Below are positions 11,917-24,659 of a stretch of 64,000 nt of DNA, piece after piece. The position numbers and the translations under genes are program-made. The DNA comes from Azolla caroliniana. Lineage: Eukaryota > Plantae > Polypodiophyta. Each line of letters opens with the position of its first letter. Positions within the stretch are counted from its first letter, which is position 1. The notes below the pieces were generated by a model, which saw only the letters and a list, made by a program, of their open reading frames with translations, was not told the DNA's origin and did not search any database. Location of the stretch: positions 4,960,001 to 5,024,000 of the forward strand of contig JBHGNT010000001.1 in NCBI GenBank assembly GCA_043228905.1, given 5' to 3'.

Positions 11917-13814
11917 ATTAAGGTCATTGTGGAACCACGTAATGCTGCTTGCTGCCAAGCCAAAGGTTGTTTCAGATGGAACTATTGAATAGTTTTTGCG
12001 TCATGGTGTGCTCACCTTGACCATTTTTACACTTGTCTTTATGTTGGGTAACCAAACTGATGTGTTGGATCCACAAACGAAGGAACTTTGGCACGTCTCT
12101 AGAGTCTAGACCTCCACCATAAAAGTGCAGTGTATGCCCAAATCTTGTATGAGGTTTTAGTCTTCCCCATTCCATACAAGATGGTGAAATAATCCTATGC
12201 CATAAAATGCTTTGGAGGGTTCTATCTTTAGCGTTCCCATCCATTGTATATTTTCAATTCAATAGGTTTCCTCAACAAAAATGTTGTGATCTAGTAAAAT
12301 GGTGCTTTCCATTACATTTACATGAAAACCATCAAAAACTAGTTTATGGTGGCTAGGCAATTGCACTACACAAAGCAAAAGATCCAAAATTCTTTATAAT
12401 GTTAAAATTTTTTCCTAGCTATCTCATCCTAGTCTTCATGTCATTATTTGTCTCTTTAGTGTTTACTATATACACTTTCAAATATATGAAAACATCATGT
12501 GAACAGATAGTAAGTGCAGTTCCTCGAGCATAGATTTAATCTAAATGCTTTCTTTCGCAACTAGAGGTATGGTTGCAAGTTCGATTTCCATGGATGATAA
12601 TGCCTAGGTGGATTGCTTCTTAACTTTCAACAAATTATAGCACCAAGTAGTGTGTAGACATAAGAGTACTTCATTAATCATTAAATATCTTCCTCCAAAA
12701 ACCTTGAGTGGTAATCATTTTGATGAACTTCACATTAACCTCTCTACTATACTAACTTAACTAAGAGATGATTACACTCAATCCCAAAGACTTAATCATG
12801 AGACTTAACCGAGTAAGAAACTACAAAACATAATAAGGGAGCCCATACACTTCCTTTTAGTTAAGTTAATCCAAATAAACACTAGATAGCGCAAGTACTT
12901 TAAAATAGAATACTCTAAGTTCTTTAATGTAAAGGAGATGGAGAGAAAGATTAAGGTGTATGCTCTAGCCTGAAGTGAGAAAAGTAAAGATGTTATGAAA
13001 GCCAAAAAGCTGGGCTTAATACTTTCCTTAAATTTAAGTGGGTTCTTTGTACCCTTCCACATTATCGCGGCGGAGCACACAAATATGTTGGTATCAAACC
13101 AAGGCAAAGCCAAACAATTTCAAAGCTCATTGAGCTACTGAATTGTTCTTGAAGTGGCTAAATAGTTTGGTTTCCTTTTTGGGTAGTCCACCAATATGAA
13201 TCACCCTTATTAAATTGTGACTCTATACATGATTTGACTGATGTACATGTTACAAATGGTAGTAATCATCGAATAATACACAATCATCCTAAACTTGCCC
13301 TCCTCTACCATACCCTACGTTCATGAATGGGAATCCTTGAATGCTCATCATTAGATCATTCTACTGCCTGGATTATGTGCCCCAATCAGTGACTCAAGTT
13401 CTAGTTCATTTCACTAGCTTTTGGCCTGAGGACTAGCATCGACACTTCACACCCTCCTAATTATTTGGTTATTAGTATAATGTGCTCAGGTTTCGTGAAT
13501 TCGCTAACAAAGATTAATAGTATGTACATTTGAATCTGCTCTTAAAGCATAGGCAGCTTGCTCCATAGATCTCAATAGTTGAATTCTCTTAAAACCTTCT
13601 TATGACCATGTTTCTTCCATTCATCTCACCCCCATTTAGAATACTCTAATCAGACTTGTGAACAGTGGGTTCTTTGCTGAAGTCATTCTTCTCTCTCTTC
13701 ATAAGTTAGGCATTTATATTTACTCCTTTGTCTTTATATCACAATTACCAAGCATGCAAACTACCTGTTGGTGTGGACTCTGTGAAATATGTCGCAATGG
13801 ACATTAAGTCGGTA

Positions 13815-16800
13815 TCATATGGTACAAAGTTGTCCAATCACACTCGTGCCCATTTCATCCTTCTTCCAATTAGTGTTTCTCCCTCTCATTGCGTCTACTT
13901 TGTCAGCCTCTTCTTGCATACAAACAGCTGCATAAATATTGGCCATAATCACATAAGCAGAAGCAAGATTCCCATTCATCTGTATCACCTGATCAAAAGC
14001 CAGTTTGCCAAGATTCACATTGCCCCATTTTCTACATGCATTAAGGAGTGCAGTCCAAACTGAAGAATCGTTGGAGGATGGCATTGTTTTAATCACTGAC
14101 ATTGCTTTATGAAAGCATCCTGTATATCCAAAGACGACCACCATGCATGTATGGTGCTCTATCGTTGGAGTGATATGATATATTTGGCACATATTGTCAT
14201 AATATATTTGGGCGTCATCTGAATTCCCTGAGTGACAGCATGCACTCAGCATGCACACAAATGTTATCTCATCTGGAAAAATACCCTCCCTTTGCATCCT
14301 TACAAAACAATCAAGTACTTCATGACCTTGCCCCTCTTGGGCATATCCAGCCATTAATGCGTTATAAGAGGCTGCATCTCGAAGTGTTAGTTCCTCGAAC
14401 ACTTGCCGAGATTTGGCAAGCAATCCACATTTGGCATACATGTCCACTAAAGCATTGCCAAGTAAAATGTTTTTCTTTAGTAAGCCCCTATGGACAATCT
14501 CATCATGAATTACTTTCCCTGTGTTAAGAGCACCTATTTCACCACATACCTTCAAGATACAAACAAATGTAACCTCATTCGGGATAAGGCCCTCCCTTTG
14601 CAATTGTTCAAAACAACACAATGCTTCATGACATTTGCCCATTTGTGCATATCCTGCAATTAATGCTGACCAAGAAAATATGTCTCGGGTGGAAAAGGCA
14701 TTGAGCACTTGCGAACCTTTCGAAGGAACACCACATTTGACATACATATCAACCAAGGTAGTGCCAAGCACAATATTCTTCTCCAGCAGTCCGCATCGGA
14801 CAATTTCTTCATGAATTTGTTTGCCCTTTTCAATAGCCCCTTGGCAAGCACATGCCTTCAAAATGCAAATGAAGGTCACATCATTTGGGAGCAGACCCTC
14901 TGTTTGCATCTGCTCAAAACAATTCAATGCATCTTGAAAATGCTCCTCTTGAGCATAACCACAAATAAGGGCATTCCAAGATACAGTGTCTCGAATGGGA
15001 AGCTCTTCAAGCACTTGGTGTGCTTTTTCAAATGCATCACATTTGACATACATATTGACCAAAGTAGTGCCAAGCAATATATTTTTCTCTAGCAAGCCAA
15101 GGGTGGCAATCTCCTCATGAATTTCTTTTCCCTTATCAATAGCTCCAAAGTTGCCACAAGCCTTCAAGATGCAAATAAATGTGTCGTCATTCAGAGCAAG
15201 GCCCTCCTTTTGCATCTGCTCAAAGCAATTCAGTGCTTCCATACATTTATCCTCTTCCACATATCCAGCAATTAATCCATTCCAACAGACTGTATCTCGA
15301 ATAGGAAGCCCATCAATCACTTCTTGTGCTACTACAAGCCGACCACCTCTTGCATACATATCTACCAATAATGTTCCAAGCATAATATTTTTCTCAAGCA
15401 AGCCCAGACTGATAAGTGTATCATGTATTTCTTTACCCTTATCGATAGCTCGTATACTACCACAGACCTTTAAGATGCACGCGAAGGTTACTTCATTTGA
15501 AGAAAGACCTTCTCTTTGCATCTGCTCAAAACAGTCCAGTGCTTCATGGAAACACCCATGTTGAGAATATCCGGTAATAAGTGCATTCCAAGAGACTGTA
15601 TCTCGAACTGGAAGCTCCTGGAGCACTTCTTGCGCTTTCCCAAGCAGACCATATTTGGCATACATATCCACTAAAGCAGTGCCAAGCACAATGCTCTTAC
15701 CTAGATAACCCCCACTAAATATTGCCTCATGAACTTGTTTGCCTTTTTCAATAGCTCCTATGTTTGAGCAAACCTTTAAAATACAAGTGAAGGTGACCTC
15801 ATTTGGATATAAACCCTCTCTTCTCATCTCTGCAAAGCAGGCAAGTGCTTTATCACCTTGATTGTGTTGGGCATACCCTGCAATTAGTGTAGACCAAGAC
15901 ACTACATCTCGAATGGGAAGCTCTCCAAGCACTTGTCTTGCGGATGTAAGAAGCCCACATTTGGTGTACATATCCACCAATGCAGAACCAAGCACAGTAT
16001 TCTTTTCCAAAAACTTCCCAGTCACAATAAGATTGTGGATTTGCTTGCCTTTGTGAATATCTCGAATGCTGCCGCAGGCCTTCAGGATGCAAGAAAATGT
16101 CACCTTGTCAGGTGAAAAGCCCTCCCTTTGCATCCATAGAAAGCATTGGATTGCATCATGGCCCTGGTCATGTTGGACATGCCCTGAAATTAAAGCATTC
16201 CAAGTGATCACATTTCGGATAGGAAGGTTCTCGAGCACTTGGTGTGCCAATGAAAGAACACCTGATTTGGCATACATGTCAACCAACGCATTGCCAACCA
16301 TAACGTTTCTTTCCAAAACCCCTTTGTTCACAATCTCATCATGGACTTCTTTTGCTTTCTCGATATCTCCAACACTTCCACATGCCTTGAGGATGCAAGT
16401 GAATGTCACTTCATCCGGCGAAAGACCCTCCCTTTGCATCTGTGAGAAGCAATCAAGAGCATCATGGCCTTTGTTCTGTTGTACATACCCAGCAATCAAT
16501 GCATTCCAAGAGACCACATTTCGAATCGGAAGCTCTTCAAGCACTTCTTGTGCTATTGCAAGCATGCCACATTTGGCGTACATATCGACCAAAGCATTGC
16601 CAAGCATGATATTCTTATCCAGCAAGCCCATATCAATAATCTCCTCATGAATCTGTTTACCCTTGTCAATAGCTCTGATGTTACCACATGCCTTCAAGAC
16701 GCAAATGAAGCTGACCTCATTAGGAGAAATACCCTCTGTCCGCATCCGTTCGAAACATTTTAGTGCTTCATGGCCTTGATCTTGTCGGGCATACCCTGAA

Positions 16801-17057
16801 ATGAGTGAGGACCAAGAGACAACATCTCTAATATGGAGCTCTTCAAGCACTTTGTGGGCTTGTCCAAGCTCACCACATCTGGAATACATATTGATCAAAG
16901 CACTGGCTACATACGGGTTCTTGTGAAGCAATTCTCTTCTCAGAATGCCAGCATGTAGCTGAACGCCTTTCGAGACATCCTTCTTCTTTGCACAATCCTT
17001 CAACAGCTCCACAACGAATGTAGAATGGTGATCTCGGAAGCAAAATTCCATGATCAT
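13815..17057 (-). CDS. PLS-class PPR protein with E1/E2 extension, no DYW (1080 aa)
   Basis: Nine P-L-S triplets, then HHTCMVVVFG, WTALLNACRKWGNV and SAYVIMANIYAA E-type motifs; start codon uncertain. Confidence 0.93.
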   Translation of the reverse strand: MIMEFCFRDHHSTFVVELLKDCAKKKDVSKGVQLHAGILRRELLHKNPYVASALINMYSRCGELGQAHKVLEELHIRDVVSWSSLISGYARQDQGHEALKCFERMRTEGISPNEVSFICVLKACGNIRAIDKGKQIHEEIIDMGLLDKNIMLGNALVDMYAKCGMLAIAQEVLEELPIRNVVSWNALIAGYVQQNKGHDALDCFSQMQREGLSPDEVTFTCILKACGSVGDIEKAKEVHDEIVNKGVLERNVMVGNALVDMYAKSGVLSLAHQVLENLPIRNVITWNALISGHVQHDQGHDAIQCFLWMQREGFSPDKVTFSCILKACGSIRDIHKGKQIHNLIVTGKFLEKNTVLGSALVDMYTKCGLLTSARQVLGELPIRDVVSWSTLIAGYAQHNQGDKALACFAEMRREGLYPNEVTFTCILKVCSNIGAIEKGKQVHEAIFSGGYLGKSIVLGTALVDMYAKYGLLGKAQEVLQELPVRDTVSWNALITGYSQHGCFHEALDCFEQMQREGLSSNEVTFACILKVCGSIRAIDKGKEIHDTLISLGLLEKNIMLGTLLVDMYARGGRLVVAQEVIDGLPIRDTVCWNGLIAGYVEEDKCMEALNCFEQMQKEGLALNDDTFICILKACGNFGAIDKGKEIHEEIATLGLLEKNILLGTTLVNMYVKCDAFEKAHQVLEELPIRDTVSWNALICGYAQEEHFQDALNCFEQMQTEGLLPNDVTFICILKACACQGAIEKGKQIHEEIVRCGLLEKNIVLGTTLVDMYVKCGVPSKGSQVLNAFSTRDIFSWSALIAGYAQMGKCHEALCCFEQLQREGLIPNEVTFVCILKVCGEIGALNTGKVIHDEIVHRGLLKKNILLGNALVDMYAKCGLLAKSRQVFEELTLRDAASYNALMAGYAQEGQGHEVLDCFVRMQREGIFPDEITFVCMLSACCHSGNSDDAQIYYDNMCQIYHITPTIEHHTCMVVVFGYTGCFHKAMSVIKTMPSSNDSSVWTALLNACRKWGNVNLGKLAFDQVIQMNGNLASAYVIMANIYAAVCMQEEADKVDAMRGRNTNWKKDEMGTSVIGQLCTI

Positions 17058-17604
17058 TATTTCCTTGTCCCATGCTCTCCAGGTGATAAGAACAGTTCTG
17101 AGGCGACATGAAACGGATGGTCCTTTCTAATCAACATATAAATTAGAATGAAGTATGCAAAACTAGAACTTCTGAGTATTAGAATTAGAATTTTTATCGT
17201 CCATAAAGAGGCCAAATTTGACCTATGGGACCAAAGTATCCATGTGTTCTTGATATGTGTCTCCTTCCTAAGAAGGGGTATGTGTTCTTGATATTGAAGC
17301 ACAAAGTCTTTATGTGTGAATAAAGCATACGCATATGAGCTCGACCTTCTCAACGGTGTCTTAAGTATGGCACTTACGTTATCACTCCCTCTTAGTATGT
17401 TAGCATATCTTGAACAAATTGAACTATATGTCGACCATGTGAAGAGCAAGTGACATTAATTGCATACTTTGCATGACTTCAAATTTGTTACATTTTGATA
17501 CCATGATGCAACTTCAATACCTAACTTGTGTGATCGAGTGCGAAGTAGTGTAAGGGCTTGTAAAGAAGGTGAGACGTAGGTGGTGCTATGCAACAGAAGC
17601 GAAC

Positions 17605-17636
<32 letters not shown>

Positions 17637-20600
17637 ACTACACATAAGGCAAGAGAGAGAGAGAGAGGGAGAGGGACAGCTTGAACAAGAAACTGTATTA
17701 GTAAAAACCTAGAATTACATCCAACAATAACTAAGTTACAAAAGTTTGGTTTAAATACCAACTGATCTAGGGCAAGTGCCCTTTCTACCAATTACAAAAC
17801 TAGCCTAGTATGATGTCCACTGACTAGTGTGAACACTATCTCCATGGGAAGTTAAGTTCGATTCTCAACACTCCCCTTCAAATACAACTTCCGGATGTCG
17901 AGAAGTTAGTTCGGTTCGCTCCTTGAGAATCTTCGATTCAGCTGAATCAACTTTCAAAAGGTTAGTCGACACGACTTACGATTTCAATTGTTCGATTGCT
18001 TTGTGCTCCTTGTTCGGCTCAATTATCATCGTACTTCGACTCCTTTGGTCGGCTTCGATTGACTGATTAGCTGCAATTCGACATCGACGATTATTGCTAT
18101 TTTTCAGTACTCCCCCTCAAGCTTGGCTGGTCGGTGATCGAGAGACCAAGGTTTGTCGTGCTGATGTGTTGTAAATCGACATCTCCAGTTTGAATGCGCT
18201 CTCGAATGAAGTGGTAGTGCACTTCGATATGTTTAGTCCGCCGGTGGAACACGGGGTTCCAAGCCAGGTAGATACTACACATGTTGTCGCAGTATAGGAT
18301 AATCAGATCCTTGATAGGAACGCCCAGATCCTTCAAAATGCGTTTGGGCTAGACAGCTTCACACGCCGTGACTGTTGCACCCCTGTATTCGGCCTCCGTG
18401 CTCGACAGTGCGACTGTCGACTGCTTTTTACTGATCCAGGAGATCGCTCCACTGCCGAGGGAGAAGACAAATCCAAAAGTCGATAGCCCGTCGGCCTTAA
18501 AGTTGGCCCAGTCCGCATATGTGTACCATTCGAGCCGAATGATCGTATCCAACTTGTATTTGATGCTGAAATCCATCATCCCACATACGTACCTAAGTAC
18601 CCTCTTAGCAATCGAAATGAACATTCTGAGGGTTTTGCATGAATTGGCTAAGTAGGCCGATTGAATAGCTGAGGTCGGGCTGTGTGATGGTTAGATAGAT
18701 TAAGCTGCCGATCAATTGACGGTACTGAGTCAGCTCGCATGCTTTTGTCCCCAAATCGGCATCGAACTTGAGATTTTGATCGAGAGGGATAGACACATGT
18801 GTGCACTTGGTCATTCTGAACTTGTAGAGAAAATTAAGAATGTAGTGCCGTTGAGAGATCAATATCTCGACTGGTGTTCGAATTACTTCGATACTGAGGA
18901 AGTAATGGAGCTCGTTCATGCCTTTCATTTCGAATCTTTCGGATAGGAACATTTTGATTTTATTAATGTCGGTGATATCCTTTCCTCCGATGACCAAATC
19001 ATCCACATATAGGATGATGACAATTGACGGGTTGTTCGACTCGTTTCAGATGTATAGGGAGTTGTCCGATTTCGACATTCGGAAGCCGATTTGGTGAAGA
19101 TACTAGGTGATCTTTGAATGCCAAGCACGCGGTGCTTGCTTGAGGCCGTATAGAGGCTTTCTGAGTCGGCATACGACTTTCAGATGAATGTTGGATTCGA
19201 AGCCGGGTGGTTGTACCATGTACACCTCCTCTTCTAATTCGCCTTGAAGAAAGACGTTCTTGGCGTCCATCTGGTGGAGGTGCCACTCTTTCGTCGTTGC
19301 TAGAGAAATGATTATCCAAACATCTTTGCCATCGGGGCAAAGGTCTACTCGTAATCTACTTCGTGCGTTTCAGTGTATCCCTTAGCTACGAGTTGTGCCT
19401 TGTAACGATTTATTGAGCTGTTAGCATTATATTTTACTTTGAAAATCCATCTATAACCGATTGCTTTCTTGCTTGAGGTATGGGGGACGAGATCCCATGT
19501 CTCGTTTTTGCTTAAACCCTGCATCTCCTCGTTCATTGCTTTGATCCATCGTGGATCCTTGGCTGCCTGGAGAAGTTTTCTGGTTCTCGGACTGTCGTCA
19601 CCTTCATCATAAAGGCATAATGGTATGCCATATACTCATTGTAGTTGAATCGGCTGACCGGGTTTTTCTCTCGGGTGGAGCGATGGAGCTTCTTGTTTGC
19701 ATGATCTAAGGCTTTGCTCCATTCGTCCGGATGATTGGGATGTCCAGGCCTTCGAACTCACTGTCAAAGGAGTGAATTGACTCGTTTTCGATTGCATCGT
19801 CGTATTCCGACATTTTGGCCTTCCCTTTGTCTAGCCCCGAACTTGGTCGAGATGTTCTTTGATCACTCGGGGTCTCTTGTGGTCCACTAAGCCTTGTCGT
19901 AATCAGACTTTCTTCGAACATGTGTCCGAGTCAAAATTCGTCTTCTGTTTGTCATTCGGTTGATTCCGGGTAGACTGGGATCAAAATTGGACTCGACTTT
20001 GGTTCGTACTAGGATGTTGACTCGTCGAAGACAACGTCTCAACTTACTCGAACTTTTCGGGTAGATGAATTGTAATATTTGTACCCCTTTTGTTCGAGTG
20101 AGTACCCTACGAGGATACATTTCTCCGACTTCAGGTCGAGCTTTTGTCACTTCTCGTCGGGAATATGTACATAAGCAATTGAACCGAATATCCAGACATG
20201 TGATAGGTCCGGCTTCTTTTTGAAAAACTTCTCATGAGGGGTTATGTCATGTACCCCCGAGGTTGTACACCTATTCATGAGGTAGACGGTTGTGTTTGCC
20301 ACTTCAGCCCAATACGATTTCGACAGGTTTTTCTCGTTCATCATTGCCCTAACTACCTCTACTATGTGCCGATTCTTTCGTTCGGTTACTCCGTTTTGCT
20401 GAGGTGTGTGTCGGCATGAGAATTCTCGTTGTTTATTCCTTCCTATTGGAGGTATGCTGTAAACTCGTCCGAGAAATACTCTTTGCCTCCATTCGAACGA
20501 AGGCATCGAACATGCCGACTTGTGCCTTTTTCGACTTCGTTTTTAAACCTTTCTAAGTGTCTAAACACTTCACTCTTCTACTACATCGGATAGATCCAGA

Positions 20601-21896
20601 CATGCCTTGAGAAGTCATCGATGAACGAGACATAATATCGGCATCCGCCGAATGTGGTTGTTTGTGCCGGTCCCCATACATCTTAATGCATGACATCCAG
20701 GATCCCTTTGCTCACATTCCCTTCTTTTGGGAATGGTAGTCGATGTTGTTTGCCGAATTGGCATGCTTCACATACACCCGAGACTAGATTTTCGTGATGG
20801 TTGGGACATGCAAGACATTTCCAAGGTAGGTTTGTTTGCCATCGTTCCCGAATGGGACATATTCGATATGCCAAATCGAGTGAGTTGTGTCATCTCCGGT
20901 TTCGACATAGTCAGGCCGATCGAGCTTTCGTAATTCTCAGAACCAATCTTTGTGGGACGTCATATGATTGGATGCTCCTGAGTCAACAAACCATACATTA
21001 TCCGAAGGAGAGGTGTTTGTCTCACCTTGTGTCAACATTGAATGCACTTTGTGCCTAATCATAAACATTCCGCCACGATCGTTGTAGTCAGAGTTCGAAG
21101 CATTGTTAGTGAGTTGTCAGCTAGTCGAAGCCTATTCTCGTTTGGCACTCCTCTTTGTAGTGGCCGAGTTTTCCATAGTACCCGCATTCGATCAGGTTAT
21201 TGCGATTGCTTGGTCCGGTAGGATGGCTCCCCCTTCTACCGAACTCCTTGGAGTTGTTCCTATCGTCTTGCCATTGGTGGGAGGTGTGTCCTCGGGTCGG
21301 TTGACCTTGTCGCCCTTGGCCGAATCAACCTCTATTTCCTCGGCCAAATCGTCTTCTATTATCCAACTGGGAGTAGAGCATTTGACCATTGGGTGCATTG
21401 CTCCTTTGTTGGGCATGATTTTCTTCCACCAATAATATCGACTTAAGGTCAAAAAAGGAGGGTGGATTCTCCCTTGCGAGAATGACCGATCTAATCGTGC
21501 CGAATCGAGGTGCCAAGCCATTGAGGCATATTTGCACCATCTCATCATCATCGATGACATCATTGATCAATCCAAGAGCATCGCATAGCTCCTTGATCTT
21601 CAAGGTATAGCTGGTCAGTGGTGATTGACATATCCCTTTGTTGCATGTTATTCAACTCCTGTCGAAGTTGGAGCTTTCATGCAACTGTATTGGCCGCAAA
21701 AATATTCTTGAGATTGGCCTAGGCTTCTTTCGGTGTTTTCGACTCTCGAATATAACCGAGCATGTGATCATGAATGCATGATGCAAGGCAATATGACATA
21801 GGGCTTGCGACCTACTCCCACGCTAGGTAGGCGGCGTGTGTTGGGTTGGGTTGCGTTTCATGAGCTCTTTCGATATAGCTCCAGTAACCTTGTCCG

Positions 21897-22726
21897 TGAC
21901 AGGAACCCAACGACCCTTATGCGCGACGCTCGGCCACAACCGAGCATAGAATGATACACAGAAAACGGGAAATAAAACACGACACAAAGGAGAGGAAGAT
22001 ACACACACACTACACAGGAGGTTTACGTGGAAAACCCCAAACTAGGGGAAAAACCACGGCAGTCCACAGGCTGCAAACTGTCACTATGTAAGAATGTACA
22101 AAAACAGTGAGTCCACGGAGGCAACGACCTCGTGCTCACGATCTTCGCCACAGGCGGCGGTTACAACAGAGGCAACGACCTCGATCTCTCTCTCTCTCTC
22201 TCTCTGTACAGTTACGCACTCTGATTTCGTGCAAAACAGAAAATGACAACAACACAACTAGTTTGCCCTAAGTCATATTTATACTAATATGACTTTTCGG
22301 CTATTTACAAATATAGCCTAGATGGGCTCTCAGAAACATATTTACGAATATGTCTCTTCATCCGGTTCTCACCGGGCCTGCACCATCCGGCTCTCCGTGG
22401 CCGGGTACTCCTCATCCGGTCTTCACCGGGTCTGCACCATCCGGCTCTCCGTAGCCGGGTACTCCTCATCCGGTCTTCATCGGGTCTGCACCATCCGGCT
22501 CTCCGTAGCCGGGTACTCATCCGGTCTTCACCGGGTCTGCACCATCCGGCTCTCTGTAGCCGGGTACTCCTCATCCGGTCTTCACCGGGTCTGTATCATC
22601 TGGCTCTTCGTAGCCGGGTACTCCTCATCCGGTCTTCACCGGGTCTGTATCATCCGGCTCTCCGTAGCCGGGTTCTCCTCATACCGTTCTTCTCCCTTCC
22701 CATCCGGAGGGACCTGTCTCCCAACA
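21897..22726 (-). mobile_element. Solo LTR related to copia C LTRs, inserted in copia B gag
   Basis: TG...CA ends, TSD GTCCG (21892-21896, 22727-22731); shares GTTTGCCCTAAGTCATATTTATAC and CATCCGGAGGGACC..CCCAACA with 33464-34124; removal restores HQYLVGQGYWSY. Confidence 0.92.
22358..22682. repeat. 54-bp tandem repeat, about 6 copies, inside the solo LTR
   Basis: Unit CATCCGGTCTTCACCGGGTCTGCACCATCCGGCTCTCCGTAGCCGGGTACTCCT. Confidence 0.92.
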
Positions 22727-23785
22727 GTCCGACAAGGTATTGATGCATCTTGTATTCCCAAGATGCAAAGTTTGTCCTATCAAGCTTCTTTGTAGGAAGA
22801 GTGCTTCCCATTAGAGTATTCATGATGTCGATTTCTTTCTCTATTTCTTGAACTGGTTCTGATGATCGTTGGTGTTGTGATCACCACAAAGTTGAGCGAG
22901 TTTGATCAAATAACCTAAACGCTCTGATACCATGTAAAGAAGGTGAGGCGTAGGTGGTGTTATGCAACGGAAGCGAACTCTGTGTGTGTGTGAGTACACG
23001 TAAGGCAAGACAGAGAGAGAGGGTGAAGGAGAGCTTGAACAAGAAGCTGTATCCAACAATACCTAAGTTACAAAATGTTGGTTTAAATACTAACTGATCT
23101 AGGGCAAGTGCCCTTTCTACTAATTACAAAACTAGCCTAGTATAATGTCCACTGATTAGTGTGAACACTATCTCCATGGGAAGTTGAGTTAGATTCTCCA
23201 CAGGGCTCTAAGAGCATTACTACTCATATTGGTAATGAGATAAGGTTGGATACGATCAATATGCATTCTTGCTTTATATTGAGACCAACATTCAGGGTTG
23301 ACATTTGCAATGTAGTATTCTAGCTTTGTCCTCTTAACACCTTCCTACTTCATCCTTAATGATTCCACCAACCTTTCCGCAATCATTACATACTACATAG
23401 CATTCCCCGAAAGCTCTAAAAGATCATCCACACCCCATCTTCTAAACAATTTCCTTATGTCAACAACCCAACCGAATGAGAGAATCTTACTTTTATGAAT
23501 CTTTTGTAGCTTACATCCAACATTCCAAGCAAGATGTGGTAATCGATGATTCGACATATTCTTGACTTTTGTAATGTATTTATATACTCTTTGGAGTGCC
23601 AATAATTCTATGGGTCAAACACCTGTTTCCAAGAGCATAACCTGGTAAGAGGTAGTGCATTTAACTCCTAATTGCCTCCTTAAAAACATCTTTTGAATTT
23701 TCTCAATCTCATTCCATGCATTAAGAGGGATGGTGCCACCCCATACTTCTACTCCATAAATCAATACTTGAGTTACCATGGCATT

Positions 23786-23909
23786 GATGAAGTACATGGT
23801 ACTTCTGTCAGTCCCAAGAGGACTTGTATAAATAGTGCTACTTAGCACAGTGTGTGTATAGAGTCTTGATATAATTTTGAAATTACGTTCTGCTCTCTCT
23901 GTCTCTCTG

Positions 23910-23944
<35 letters not shown>

Positions 23945-24036
23945 GTTGTTCTCTGTTTTACGCTTCCGCAAACACTCACGTTTACAGCCTTAGTTGTTCG
24001 TTGGTCCTCCTAGTGTGAAGTTTTTACTACGTAACA
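23786..24036 (+). mobile_element. Partial LTR related to copia D LTR
   Basis: TACTTCTGTCAGTCC..GACTTGTATAAATAGTGCT..TTAGCACA..GTTCTGCTCTCTCTG matches 32570-32680. Confidence 0.7.
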
Positions 24037-24659
24037 ATTGTTGACAGATTCCTCGTACATACACATGATGTATTTACGATCATGAGAAGCTTTACGTTCT
24101 CTCAAGTACTTTTAAGTTTTACCTAGGTGCTAGAATAGAGGTGCATGTGACCTTGTGGTTTTGAATCCATGATATCTAGAACAATTTGGAGACTTCAATT
24201 GACAACACTAGTTAATATGATATACAACTTACACAAACTAGAATTACAAATGACAATGCAATATGAATGCTACAAATTGAACTAATGACGAGCAAAGCAA
24301 TAAGACATTAATGAGAAGAATGGATTAAGGGTGCTTAACCACATTGACTATCCCCAAACGAAGGACATAAAGCGAACATAAACTACCACTAGTGTCCCAT
24401 ACCTCCAATTATAAGTTATGACCCTGTGTTATACCGTGGTTGTTGATATAAATGATCCAAAGAAGAAAGCTTAGCCTCACTAATATAGTCTCAAGATTTT
24501 GTAATGAAGGAGCTAGCTAGTTCCCTTTATATAACTCAATACCTAAGGTTCCTAGACCACCATGTATTCCCATGTGTCGTTTGTTCATATGGGGTTGTCC
24601 CAAATCCAAGGATAATGAATTTCCCAACTATCCTACCCTTGGTTCATTAAAATTAATTA

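Larger units (their letters stand above)
17559..23202 (-). mobile_element. Decayed full-length Ty1/copia element (copia B)
   Basis: Diverged LTRs 22933-23202 and 17559-17870; TSD GGGCT; Met-i PBS 22921-22932; PPT at 17871-17881; broken gag, IN, RT, RH fragments ([32 protein letters not shown]). Confidence 0.93.
17177..23785 (-). mobile_element. 5'-truncated LINE (RTE/RTEX-like), split by copia B; pieces about 23208-23785 and 17177-17558
   Basis: LIYGVEVWG..IEKIQKMFLRRQLGV..MLLETG RT C-terminus; frame continues across the GGGCT TSD as SNALRALTLLRTRSHKLGIEVASW..CKVC; short (ATTCTA)n tail near 17179-17191. Confidence 0.75.

Noticed and set aside
11990-13700. Possible old retroelement remnants between the PPR genes
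   Set aside because: Too degenerate to assign by eye
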